From: Isurus oxyrinchus
Taxonomy: Eukaryota
Length of the DNA: 64,000 nucleotides
Direction: 5' to 3'
NCBI GenBank assembly: GCA_026770705.1
Contig: JANJGN010000033.1
Coordinates: 14,942,001 to 15,006,000, forward strand
Shown here: in pieces, positions 52,818 through 64,000 of the stretch
How the letters are laid out: each line of letters opens with the position of its first letter
How positions within the stretch are numbered: position 1 is the stretch's first letter
Position numbers and translations under genes: made by a program
The notes under the pieces: model-generated
The model's input: only the letters and a program-made list of their open reading frames with translations
The model's database searches: none
What the model was told of the DNA's origin: nothing

Positions 52818-53125
52818 GATAAACAGATAGATAACAGATAAATGGACGNNNNNNNNNNNNNNNNNNNNNNNNNNNNNNNNNNNNNNNNNNNNNNNNNNNN
52901 NNNNNNNNNNNNNNNNNNNNNNNNNNNNNNNNNNNNNNNNNNNNNNNNNNNNNNNNNNNNNNNNNNNNNNNNNNNNNNNNNCGAGACAGACAGACAGGTA
53001 GACAGACAGATGGACAGACTGAAGGACGGATGGACTGCATGGGTGGATGAGTGAATTCATTGATGCACGGAAAGGCAAATGGACGGACGGACAGATGGTT
53101 GGACAGATGGATGGATGAATGGTAC
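52450..53125. repeat. Compound microsatellite ((CA)n, (TA)n, GGAT/GACA) with a pseudo-LTR remnant (about 52590-52760) around an assembly gap
   Basis: Direct reading; N run at 52849-52981. Confidence 0.85.
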
Positions 53126-56100
53126 TGAACATTGACAGCGTGAAAGAGTTTGTGCCCTTAAAAGTGCCTAGTCTGCTTCAGATTTGCCTGAACATGTATT
53201 TTACCCAATGCCACTATTAATAAAGTTTGAGGTTCTATATGCTTTATTAATTGCTCTCTCAACATGTCCTACTCCTTCAGTGACCTATGAATGTGTATTT
53301 CTTCTTTGTTCCTACACCTCCTTTAGATGGTCTCCCTTTATTTTATACTGTCTCAGAATATCTTTCTTGTCAAAACGAATCACCTCTCATTCCTGTGCAA
53401 TATTGATATCTGGAACATTATTCATGCCAATACCTCTACCAATGAAAGTTGGTTTGTAAACCAATGAGCTTTTTTGCGTCATATCTGTAAATTGCTGTTT
53501 TTTTGATTATTGGTATTCTTACGAAAGGCCCCAGTGAACACAATGCCAAAGGCTACAGCAGCATTTCATTTTCTTTTCAGCAACATTTAATGTAATACTC
53601 GAATATTAATGCCACTCATGTTGATTATGTCAATGAATCCAGCAAAGCAATACGCGAAATTTTGTGTCAATAAATTCTGTACGGTTACAGTGGCAATTTT
53701 CCAATCTTCAAAGCTTTCTTTGTCTCCAGAAGATCCCTCAATCTGGACTCAACAAGCAAAAGAATGGTGTCCAAACGACAACATGGAAAAAACGATTTTG
53801 TTTAACAGAGATTTCATCATATTTTGCAATTTTACTTTGTCAATCCAAAGTCAAAATAGCTTACACATTTCACAGTGGCTAGGAGAACGTTAGGGCTTTA
53901 TTACAGTGAGGAGGAATAATGGACAAGTATTATTCATAGACATATTAAGAAGTTCAGGCAGTTCTTGTAGAGAGAGGAACAGAGTTAATGAAGAGGAGCC
54001 ATATCAGACTAAAATATTAGTTCTTTTTCTCTCTCCACAGAAGCCGCCAGGCCTGCTAAGTTTTTTGTTTGCAGCACTCTCTATTTTAATTCAGATTCCT
54101 AAAATTGTGTATGTATTATAACAGAATTAACATTTCAGCTCAGCAATTTTTAGCAGAACCTGAAAAGTACAGCCAAATGTCAGGAATTCCACAATAATAA
54201 GAAAAGGGAACTCAAGGAAAGAGAGCTGTGGAGGTTAGGTCAGTGAGTATGCTCAAGACTGAGACCACTAGATTTCTAGATCTTAAGAACATCGAGGGAT
54301 ATGACGATAGTGCAGTAAGATGACGTTGAATTAGGAGATCAGCCAATATCTCTTTGAATGGCATAGCGGGGTTGAAAGGCTGCACAGCCTCCTGCTGCTT
54401 CTATTTCTTATGTTCTTAGGTTAAGATAGCCTGTTTACAATACAGTCAATAATGATGGAAGCAAACGAGGGATCTCCCAACAGATAGGGTAATTTCAGTG
54501 GTAAGGAGAGATCACGGGTAGTTTTCCTGCAGGTTTCCAGGAGAGGATGAAGATTGGGAAGTGTGAGGACATTGAAGGATTTAAGATTAAGGATGCAGCA
54601 ATTAAATTGAAGGCATTGGGAGATTTGGAAGAAATGTGCTTCAGTGTTTCTGTAGATAAGTGGTGAGTGGGTCTTCCTGAGGGCTTGAAATGGGCAGCAG
54701 AGTTTTGGTGCAATTTATTATAACGGAAGTTGGGCTTCGTGGAATGTGCTGCAGTTAGGAAACCGACACTATGCTACAGGCCACTTGGGGCAGAAGTACC
54801 TCTTTGGACCTGTGGCCTTCTGTTCGGCGCGGTTGAAGATTTGAAATTGTGCTGATGAGATAATTTTTGAGTGTACTCAGGAATCCAGGAGAACGGAATA
54901 TGGAAAGGCGAAATCCAATCTATTTTGGGGTGGATCATTGTTAAAGCCATCCATGTGGGAGTAAAGTTTGGACAGAATTCCACGTCAGCATCCTCAATTG
55001 CATACCTTCATGAGAGAGACAAAGTTTCAGTGAGATTGGTTGGCTCACAATGTGATGAACGTCTGGGTGGGGGTTTTGGGAAATCCATGGAACTGGCTTC
55101 CTAATTATCCTGAATGTTAGCGTGAAAGACAAATTTGTAAATTGTATTATATTGCTGAACTTGTGAAGTAAAGTTTGTTTTATTGTTTGTTCAAAACCCG
55201 TGGAATCTTGTGGATTTACTCCAAAATCAGGTCTCTTCAATTACAACATGTATCTACTTTAAACACATTATTGGTTCCTAGACAGATCTCACCACCATCG
55301 CCAACCCCACCCACCCACATCCCCAACCACCCCCCACCCGCACCCATTCCGGGGTCTGGCCAAAGATTATAAGAATATTATTATTTTTTAGACATAACAT
55401 AACATAAGAAATAGGAGCAGGAGGAGACCATTCGGCCCTTCATGCCAGCCCTGCCATTCAAAGACCATGGCTCATCAGCCACAGACCTCAAATGTCCTTT
55501 CTTGGCAGTTCCTTATAGCCCTTAACTCCCCGGTATTTCAAAAACTATCCACCTCCTATTGAATTAATTTCAGTGATCTACCCGGAACAACTCTCTGGGG
55601 CAGATAATTCCAGACATTCCCTACGCTCTGAGAGAAGAAGTCCCTTCTCCTCTCAGTTTTAAATGAGTGTCCCCTTATACAGTAACCATGTCCCCTGGTT
55701 CGAGATTCCTCCGCTAGTGGAAGTATCTTCTCATCCACAAATCTGTGAAGCCCCTTAGAATCTTGCACATTTCAATAAAATCACCCCTCATTCTTCTAAA
55801 TTCTAATGAAAAAAGGCCTAAACTGTTTAGCCATAGTAATGTAAGTGCATTATTAAAAAGTCCTAGCATTTTTGTCGAGTAATGTCAGGATGACTTGCCT
55901 GTTCGTCCTCGGCTATCTTCCGCACACCTATTGCTTGATAATTTGTGTTCCATTTGCTGGCGTGTATTTCGCTGAGATTCTCTGGGGAATTTTGCAGAAA
56001 GATAGCCATTGCACCAATTATCCCCTATTTATAATCTCTTTTGCAGCTCCAGGAATTAGACCCTGAAGCTGTGGGGATTTTCCAGCTTATAATTGTTAGT

Positions 56101-57804
56101 TCACTCGGAAGCCAAATGCTGAAGTAGCCATTCTTTCTCTTAATACCAGATTTCTTTCTAAAATGCAATGTTGCATGTATCGATATCCCTCTAACATATG
56201 CCGGGTATCCAAGCAGTATATCCTTATCGTCTCTTCTGCATAAAACAAATGGTCAATAAATGAAATCAACGAAAAGAGTGTGGGGTGGGGGGTGGTCGGT
56301 GGTGTGATGTAAGCAGCCCCTGATGGACCACTCTAAGTAAAACAAAATACATAAATTCCAAGTTAACTAACTAAACCAAAGTATTGTTTCCAGGATGATG
56401 ATGCACTCCAGCCCTCATGCTGCCCATCGATCCCGGAAGGCATTCAGTGTACCGGTAGACAGCGTGTGCTCACTTTCCAGGGCCACCTGGCCTTGAACAT
56501 AGTGGCGGAAGAGGGGTAGATAGTCAGATCTGATGAAGCCCTCGACCGCTCGCTGCCAGGACCTGCTGATGGCCACATTAGCCCTGCCCAGGAGCAGGCT
56601 TATGGAGAGGTTCCCCGCCCTCTCCGCGTCGTTCCAAACCAGGTGATCAGTAGCGTGGGACTGTGGGACTGAAGTTCAATCAACACTTAAGGAACAGTCC
56701 CTTCCAATAATGAATAACGTGCTGAAACCTCGGGTAATCTAGGTTCACATGGAACACCGAAACCCATTGGCTGCAGAAAATACATGCGTCCTGGGAGTCT
56801 CTCAATCACCTTAATCTAGGTTAACATGGTACAGCTGCAAGTAACACCCTCCACACGAAGTCCCTGATGGAAAAAGGGAGCAGTCCTTCTTCCTACTCTT
56901 TTAAGTAAAACGTAATCAATAAATTAAACTAAGAATCAGTAAGTCAGATGGTGACAGCACTCGGCTGGGCACTACAGCTAAAACAAAAACGTGAAAGGAA
57001 ACTGACAAAATTAAATCAAAATGTCCTTTCCGGTGGTGCTGATACACCCCAGTCCCTGTGGTGCCCACCAATCACGGAAGGCCTCTAGCTTACATTTGGA
57101 GACTGGGCGCTCCATCTCCAGGGTCGTGACTGTCTCAGTGATAGAGGGGAATATTTCTTTGTATGTGGCCCAGATAGTTAATCAAACAATACCCTTCATC
57201 TGGGAATAATTAACCTTAATATATAAAATCACATACAATTAATACTATTCCCTCAATTTTCTACAAAACTTTTTACCTGGAATTATTAAATGCCTTAAAT
57301 TCTTCCCTTCCCCCCTTGGTTATCTTTATTTCTCGTTATGTAATTTATGCTTTCTACCATGAAAGAAGTCAGATTATTTTTTCTTGTCCCTTCCTCTTTC
57401 ACTTTCCCCGTTATGTTTTCTACTGGTCGAACCCATAAAGAATCAATATTTACTTAAGCTCCTCCTCTTCATACACTTGTAGAATCTCTTATAATTCGTG
57501 TTCATAAACCTGACTGGTTTGCTTTAATAACCTGTTTACCGCTTAATATCAAATTGTCGGTTGCCTTTTGATGTATTCTAAAGCATTCACAATTCAAAGG
57601 CTTATGACTATTTTATGCATCAAAGGAAGTCTCGTTTTTAATCTAATACTATTCTTAACTTCACTGGTAAGCCTTGGTTCTTTCTTTCTTCTTTTTAGTA
57701 TAATATCTTTTGCAGAGCACTTTATACCGTTTGTTTAAATGATTAACCTGACTTCCAATTACACTCCCGTTAAGGCAACAGTAAAACAACAAATATTTCA
57801 ACAG

Positions 57805-57900
57805 AAACAGAATTACCTGGAAAAACTCAGCAGGTCTGGCAGCATCGGCAGAGAAGAAAAGAGTTGACATTTCGAGTCTTCATGACCCTTCGACAGAACT
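57805..57900 (-). mobile_element. Solo Penelope pseudo-LTR (about 95 bp) with hammerhead at 57862-57900
   Basis: Nearly identical to 5222-5317; absent at the paralogous site of copy A (about 13340). Confidence 0.85.
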
Positions 57901-60900
57901 ATTTCAACAGAAATATTTCAACAGACCCAGGCAAAGTGCACAATGTCTTCGAGAGTGACATTTAAAATAATTTATCTTAGCTTAAGTTCCTGGAGAATGC
58001 AGCTTGGTACATAGAGGCTGGAGGCTTTTCACACTTGTTAGATCTCAGAATGCCTTCTTCTTACACGTAACCTAATGTGTTGTATACAGATTTCTCACTG
58101 TTCAATGTAAATCTCATTGTTCCAATGTGTTTTCACAAATCTACTTTTTCCATAATCTGAATCTGCCCAGCAGTCATGTTATCAGTAATTTTTGGGAAAA
58201 ATAAGTAGTAGTTTGTTTGGTTCAGCCTCTTTTGGCTAGGTCTGTTGCCTTGCCATCTCTCTCAAATTAATTATTCAGGTATGTCGACAAATGCAAAGTT
58301 TTTTGTACTCCTCGTTCTAAAACTTCAACCATGTTTCCGTTACTAGCACTTCAAATCTAGTTTCCAATGTGTTATAGAAAAGCACACAGACTAGCTGTCC
58401 ACAGTTCAATTACCATTGCCCCCTGCCCCACACACACAACCAATACAGAAACTAATCCAAACCCAACTATTGACCTGCCTTCACAATAAATGGTAACAAT
58501 ATTATGAAAATTATTATATTTTCACGACACTCACCAAATGCTCACTTCCTTTGTGGTAACGTAATTTCATTTCCTAGCTGGTTAGCTTAACTGTGTTACT
58601 TTCCCTCTCTCGCTCTCATTTGCTGTCTCTTTTTCTTTATATGTAATATATATAAAAATTTGAGGGTGCAGCACTGATCCCTGTGGTTCTCCACTAATTA
58701 AAGCCTGCCAGCTCGAAAGTGATCCTTTGTCTGCGTTCTCTGCTTCCTGTTCACTCACCAATCCACTACTCATGCTAACATGCTGCCTCGACAGGTGGTT
58801 GGAACCACAAGTTTCCGCATTTGATTTGTCCTGCTTTTGTGCTGTTTTAGCACATTGATATCTGGCAGTGGAGCCTGGACAAATTTTCCAGAAAATTGTG
58901 CCTTCACCCAGCAAGTAAACTCACTCTGGTTGGTGCTGAGAGATCTTTCAAAAAAGGGGCTAAAAAGCATGCGTGGCCAAAGGACACATGGATATTTATT
59001 TTGCAGGGATATTGTTGGAGAAAAAAATAGTGGTGTACTCTGATAATTCGGAAAGGCCAGTCCTCAGTTTATAAGAAACATAAAACTGTCGCCTTTCATG
59101 GTTATGGGGCATGGCCCAGGAGTATAACAAATAAAAATTAGGACTTGGAAACAAAAAGTAACTGTTCTATCCAATTTATTCATAAGCATGCCATTTTTCA
59201 AAAATTCGGTCCTTCCTTTCATTCAAGTATTCATTCAATTCCACTTTGAAAATTAATGTTGAATGTGCTTCCACCGTCCATGCAAAGAAAGCATTCCAAA
59301 ATAGTTCTCAAAGCGAAATATTGTTTTACAGTAATATCTCCGCTTCTTTAGCCAGTCATTCTCTGTTGCTACTGCTTACCCATCATTTTGTCATTAGGTA
59401 ATTATTTCTCACCTTTATTACAACATTCATTAGTTTGAGCAGCTCTATCAAGTCTCACATCAACTTGATTTTCTGTGACGGGAATGATTCCAAGTCTCTG
59501 TACTTAACTGAAGCCTTACACCTTTGACATAATTGTGGATAATTCCTATGGAGCTCCACTGGCGAATTGACATCCTCAGAAATTGTGTTACTCAGAACTG
59601 GACAGTATAGTCGAGCTGAGTTCTAAACTTTTTAGCAGCTTTCTGTTTTCTGCTCTATTCTTTTCGAAAATGCCAATGAGTGTACTTCTTTTAGTCCTCA
59701 TCTCACGTTGTCCTGCCAACCTTCGAAGGTAAGAGTGTCTGCATCGCCCTGCACTCTCTTTATACTTAATCAGTTTGGTTCAATTGCTTCTCACCGTTAT
59801 TCCTATTAAATTGTATGATTTCACACCCATCTCTGAAAAATATCATGTTTCATGCATTTGGCTACTTCACCAGTCTATGTCATCCTGTAATAATTATCCT
59901 CATTATTTGCTACATTTCCAGTTTTAATGCCACCTCTAATACCAAAATGCTGTGCTGGCTCCCACGATGTTTTCGGGAAAAAAATAGCAGTTTGATCTCG
60001 CTTGCTTGCATACTTCCCACTCGTGAAGCTTTGAATCTCCGTGGTTCCCGTTCAAACTTCGTCCGTTAAAAGAAAAAAAATACAGATTGCTGTAACTGGT
60101 TTAAGTACCTTCCCGCTGCATTCAGATGTGATGTGTCACCACCAGATCAACTATTATGAGGAATATCTGGCAGCGTCATGGATATGCCACGCATTATCCT
60201 GGCATCTTCCATCCCAATATTCTCCAACCTCTTTCTCTCGTCCTAGCCCATGCCCAAATTGCCAGAGTTAATTCAGCCCTAACGCAGGAGCAGAATTCAA
60301 TGAATAACCTTAAAACTACAGTGCCAGAGGGGCCCTTTCGGCATGCCTTGCCTGCACCAGCTATCTTAATGAACGGTTCCCTTGGTGTAATTCTTTCATC
60401 TTCACACCAAAATCCTGCGCATATTTTGTTTTCAGTTAGCAGTCCAATTCCTTTTTAAATGTTTCGATTGAACTTGCATCCAACACAATCTCAGGCTGTG
60501 CATTCTAGAGCTGAAACGCGTGGTGCATGGAGTCGATTTTTTTAAAAATATCACTTCTTTGCTCTTGTACACTGTGCCCCATTTAGTAGCGGATTCTTTA
60601 TGCTTTATTCACCGCTGCCCTGCCAACAGCCATGTCCTCTGTGCATATATACTCAGGTGCCTCTGCTCCAGCAACTCCTTTAGAGTTCTGCCCTTTACTT
60701 TGCAATGTCTGTCCGTGATCTTCCTACAAAAATTGCATCAATTTACATTTTGCTGCAGTAGACTTCACCTGCCACATGTCTGCATATTCTAACCATTTGT
60801 TTATGTCCTTTGAAGTTCTAAACCTTCTAGCTCACTATTGGAGCCCATAGAAACCTGGCGGGAGAGGAGAAGTGTGTGGGGGCGGGGAGTGCTGTAGATT

Positions 60901-61383
60901 TCCACTGAGCTCTTGTTTTTCACATGTCAAAATCTATCTATATGTCATGCCGTTCCCTATACCTTGGTCACAGCTTTTCAAACACAGAAGTGTCATTTGT
61001 GCAAACATATGTCGGCTTTGTTGTGGAAAAATGTTATTGCACAGTCATGTCTGAAGGCATACATTAGGTGCGGAAATTCTAAGCATTGCTTTTTCCAGGT
61101 GTTCGTGGAGGTGTGATATCTTCCCTTACCAAATACAAACAATGCTAATTCAAAGGGTGCAATCGTTTGAAAGATGTTTTGAGAAATGTTTTTCATCCAG
61201 TCTGAGCAGGGACAGGAGTGTCAATTACATGTGGAACATATATGTTGCATCTCAGTCTCCGGAATACTGAAAATCAGAACACCTGCAATGTCAATTTGAC
61301 TAATATTTGTGAAGCGCACACATGACAGCAAATGTAATGTTCAAATGAATGGAACTAATATCACTACCTCTGCTGCGCTGAGA

Positions 61384-61416
61384 TCCCACGGGAGCTTTCC
61401 CTCAGTTATAAATAAA
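61384..61416 (+). promoter_or_regulatory. Promoter cassette C: O/E site TCCCACGGGA plus TATAAAT
   Basis: TCCCACGGGA at 61384-61393, TATAAAT at 61407, ATG at 61487. Confidence 0.6.
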
Positions 61417-61486
61417 TGTTTTCTCTAAGTCTCTCTTTACATCGAGTCACTTGGAAGCTCGTGTCCAGCACCACATCTTCGGTAAA

Positions 61487-61586
61487 ATGAGAGATCCATT
61501 TACTGCAACTCCATTTATGGATTTATCGCCAATTGTACAGGCAGTAATGGTTTACTATCCCATTATAGCAGCTGTTGCAATCCCCG
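61487..61586 (+). CDS. GPR139-like GPCR first coding exon C, intact (not in the ORF track; exon 2 presumably beyond the window)
   Basis: MRDPFTATPFMDLSPIVQAVMVYYPIIAAVAIP-G|gtagat. Confidence 0.82.
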
Positions 61587-64000
61587 GTAGATGATTATAT
61601 TCCGTCGCTGAAACTGTGAATCTGTGTTTATCAATGCTAATGCTCTTATCACCTTTGCTGTTCGAATTGAAATTTTTTGTTTAATATTCAGTTCAACAGC
61701 AGACAATCAAGCAATGCAGTTTTCGTTGCCTACAATGATCTTTGAGCATATTATTAACATTATGAATGATATTTAATCTCTATCAAAGAGCGCAGCTATT
61801 CTATTCATTTAACATAATGCAATCTGGTGAAATTTTAATTTGAAATCCAGGTTGTATAGGGTATACTGCATTCATTTTAATGTTCAAGCCATAAGCTCTT
61901 TTAGCCAGTAGTGATCCCTCTGCTTATATCCCAAGATCTAACAATCAGAGATATCTGGTAAGCAATAAATTATCTTGCGCCTTCACTGTTTGGTATAATG
62001 TCCTGGTTTTTGCACCTCTCACGTATATTAATGGTACATCCACACTTAGTGACTTAATATCAATCAAAATGCTGTTCTATAGAATTATACCTGTGATTTC
62101 CCCTCTGTCGCTTATAGCTATAAAATGTTTCCAATCAGGTTGACTTGTCCCCATACACCTTCAAAATTGCTTTTATCGTATTATTTCCAAACTTACTATG
62201 AGTATTGTCATAGTTTATGCCTCAACCACTAAACTTTGGAACTGAATTCCACGGTCTACAACTTCTATTTGCGAAACTGCTTATCCACTCGTTGTTTGGC
62301 ATATGTTACATTTAAAATTGTGTCAATCACATTTTGTCTTGACATCTCCATCAATTGGCGAAAAATTCTGTTATCTACCTTCCCACATTTTTTCATAATA
62401 GTAAATATTCCTGGAATGCCATTCTGCACTATGTTCTATGTTATATTCTTCTACTCAAGTTTACAGTTTAAAGATGAGCATGAATCTGTTATTCCTCAAA
62501 CATATCACGGACTCTTCATGCTCACTTTGTCATGAGACCCAACTCCTGCTGTCTCAGATTTATTCCGACAGAATATCAATCACACATTTTCGCTTTCTGG
62601 CCCCATGTTCCCTGATGTGGTTTCGGTTCTGTCTCCTCAGGCACTCCACCCCCCAACCAACCCTGTGTCGCATCGTTTAAATCTAATTTCTGCACCCCCC
62701 TCATCAAAAGTGCCGCGAACACAGAGTGCTGGCAAGCTACTGTCACGTTTCCAACTTTACATTTCTCATCAACGTATTGTCAAAGTCGAAAACCGCGGAC
62801 ATCTTTCCCGCAACTTCCTGCCTAAATTACTCCAGTTTTCTGCACCGTTACGCTCAGTAGCAATGTTACAACTTGCATCTTATGTCGCAATGGCACCACG
62901 CAGCTCCGCACCTCCATCCCTTAGCCCAAAGGATCTAGCCTCCAGTACCCCGCATTTTACATGTACTTTCTTCTACTCAGATCGGAAGTCAAATAAGGGT
63001 ACAGGAGATTCAGAGCTGATCTGTTCGAGAAGAGTGATGTGTTATTCATCCAATAGGTTGAACAGAGAGAAATTTCATTTCTCTGGTGGGGGAATTGGAA
63101 TGAATGGAACCACTTGCATGCTGACCATACCCGGCTCGACCACACCACTAACTCCTCCCGGAGCATTGATGTCTACACATTGAGAGATTGCTCCTCCAAT
63201 ATCCTGTGCCGGTTGAGCAGACATTTCATCAAACGGAATATTAGAAGAAGCTAGATGATTATTTTTGTGTTCCACAACAATGTGATTTCCCTGGACATCG
63301 ATTACAATATCTTCACTAGCTATTTCATTCGCCTGAACCACATTTTGTACCACTTGCTGTCCTCTTCAGCACCAAAATACCTATTCGTGTCATTTCTAAG
63401 TCACTCCATCATATCGGCCAGCTCCACCCCGCCTCAGATAATCTGGTGTTGAAACACTTATCCATGAGTTTGTTACCTATAAGCCAGATTATTCCACTCA
63501 TTCGATATTATAATGTTCCACTCTTCAGAATCTTAACATCATGAAAAAGTGAACTCCGCATTTTATCTCGCACCAAACCCCGTTTATCCATTATCCCTGG
63601 GCTCGCTGTCTTATATTAGCATTTGCCTGAGCAACACAGCGGCTTAAAATTCCTACCCTTTGTTTGAAATGTCCAAATGCTCCCTCACCTCCTTAATAGT
63701 GTAAACAACGACAGACCTACAACACTCTGAGATCTGTATTATTATTCCCAAACTGTCTCCTTGTGCATCCCTGTTTTTGATGGGCGAGCAATTGTTTCCC
63801 TCCTTAAATCTCCCCACACCGCTATTTCCTCTTTTATATCGTCCTCGAAACGTGCCACTTTGAGAGAACGCAGTTAAGCATCTACATTGATACCTCGTTT
63901 TAACGTTTGTTGTCAAATTTCAATTGATTGCAGTGCTGCTTATCTTGGGATGTTTTGGAAACAGGTGCCAGATAGATGCGAGTTGTTGTTGTTGTTGAAT

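Larger units (their letters stand above)
53930..64000 (+). repeat. Segmental duplication unit, copy C (GPCR first exon at 61487; runs off the window)
   Basis: 53930-54220 matches 8570-8850, then colinear with copies A and B with private deletions. Confidence 0.9.

Noticed and set aside
52128-53132. ORFs over microsatellites and the N gap
   Set aside because: Low-complexity and gap artefacts.
62605-63353. 192-aa (+) and 92-aa (-) ORFs
   Set aside because: Chance frames over a decayed L2 element; not open in the paralogous copy at 37210-37950.

Overview
Eukaryotic, repeat-rich vertebrate DNA (about 40% GC by eye). The repeat families and receptor type point to a cartilaginous fish (shark); this is inferred, not verified. 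The window is part of a cluster of two-exon class A GPCR genes of the kind annotated in shark genomes as 'probable G-protein coupled receptor 139'-like. It holds one complete pseudogene (402-3990), three intact paralogous first exons (19601, 36133, 61487) and one disrupted second exon (50026-50997). Each intact first exon sits behind an identical O/E(EBF)-site plus TATA cassette. The three first exons lie in three diverged copies of a roughly 11-kb duplication unit. Insertions include an env-bearing, RT-deleted endogenous retrovirus (22238-29130), Penelope-like elements carrying minimal hammerhead ribozymes, a decayed Ty1/Copia element, solo LTRs and many CR1, L2 and Tx1 LINE fragments. Most ORFs in the supplied track are spurious. 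Repeat boundaries are approximate unless a junction is quoted.
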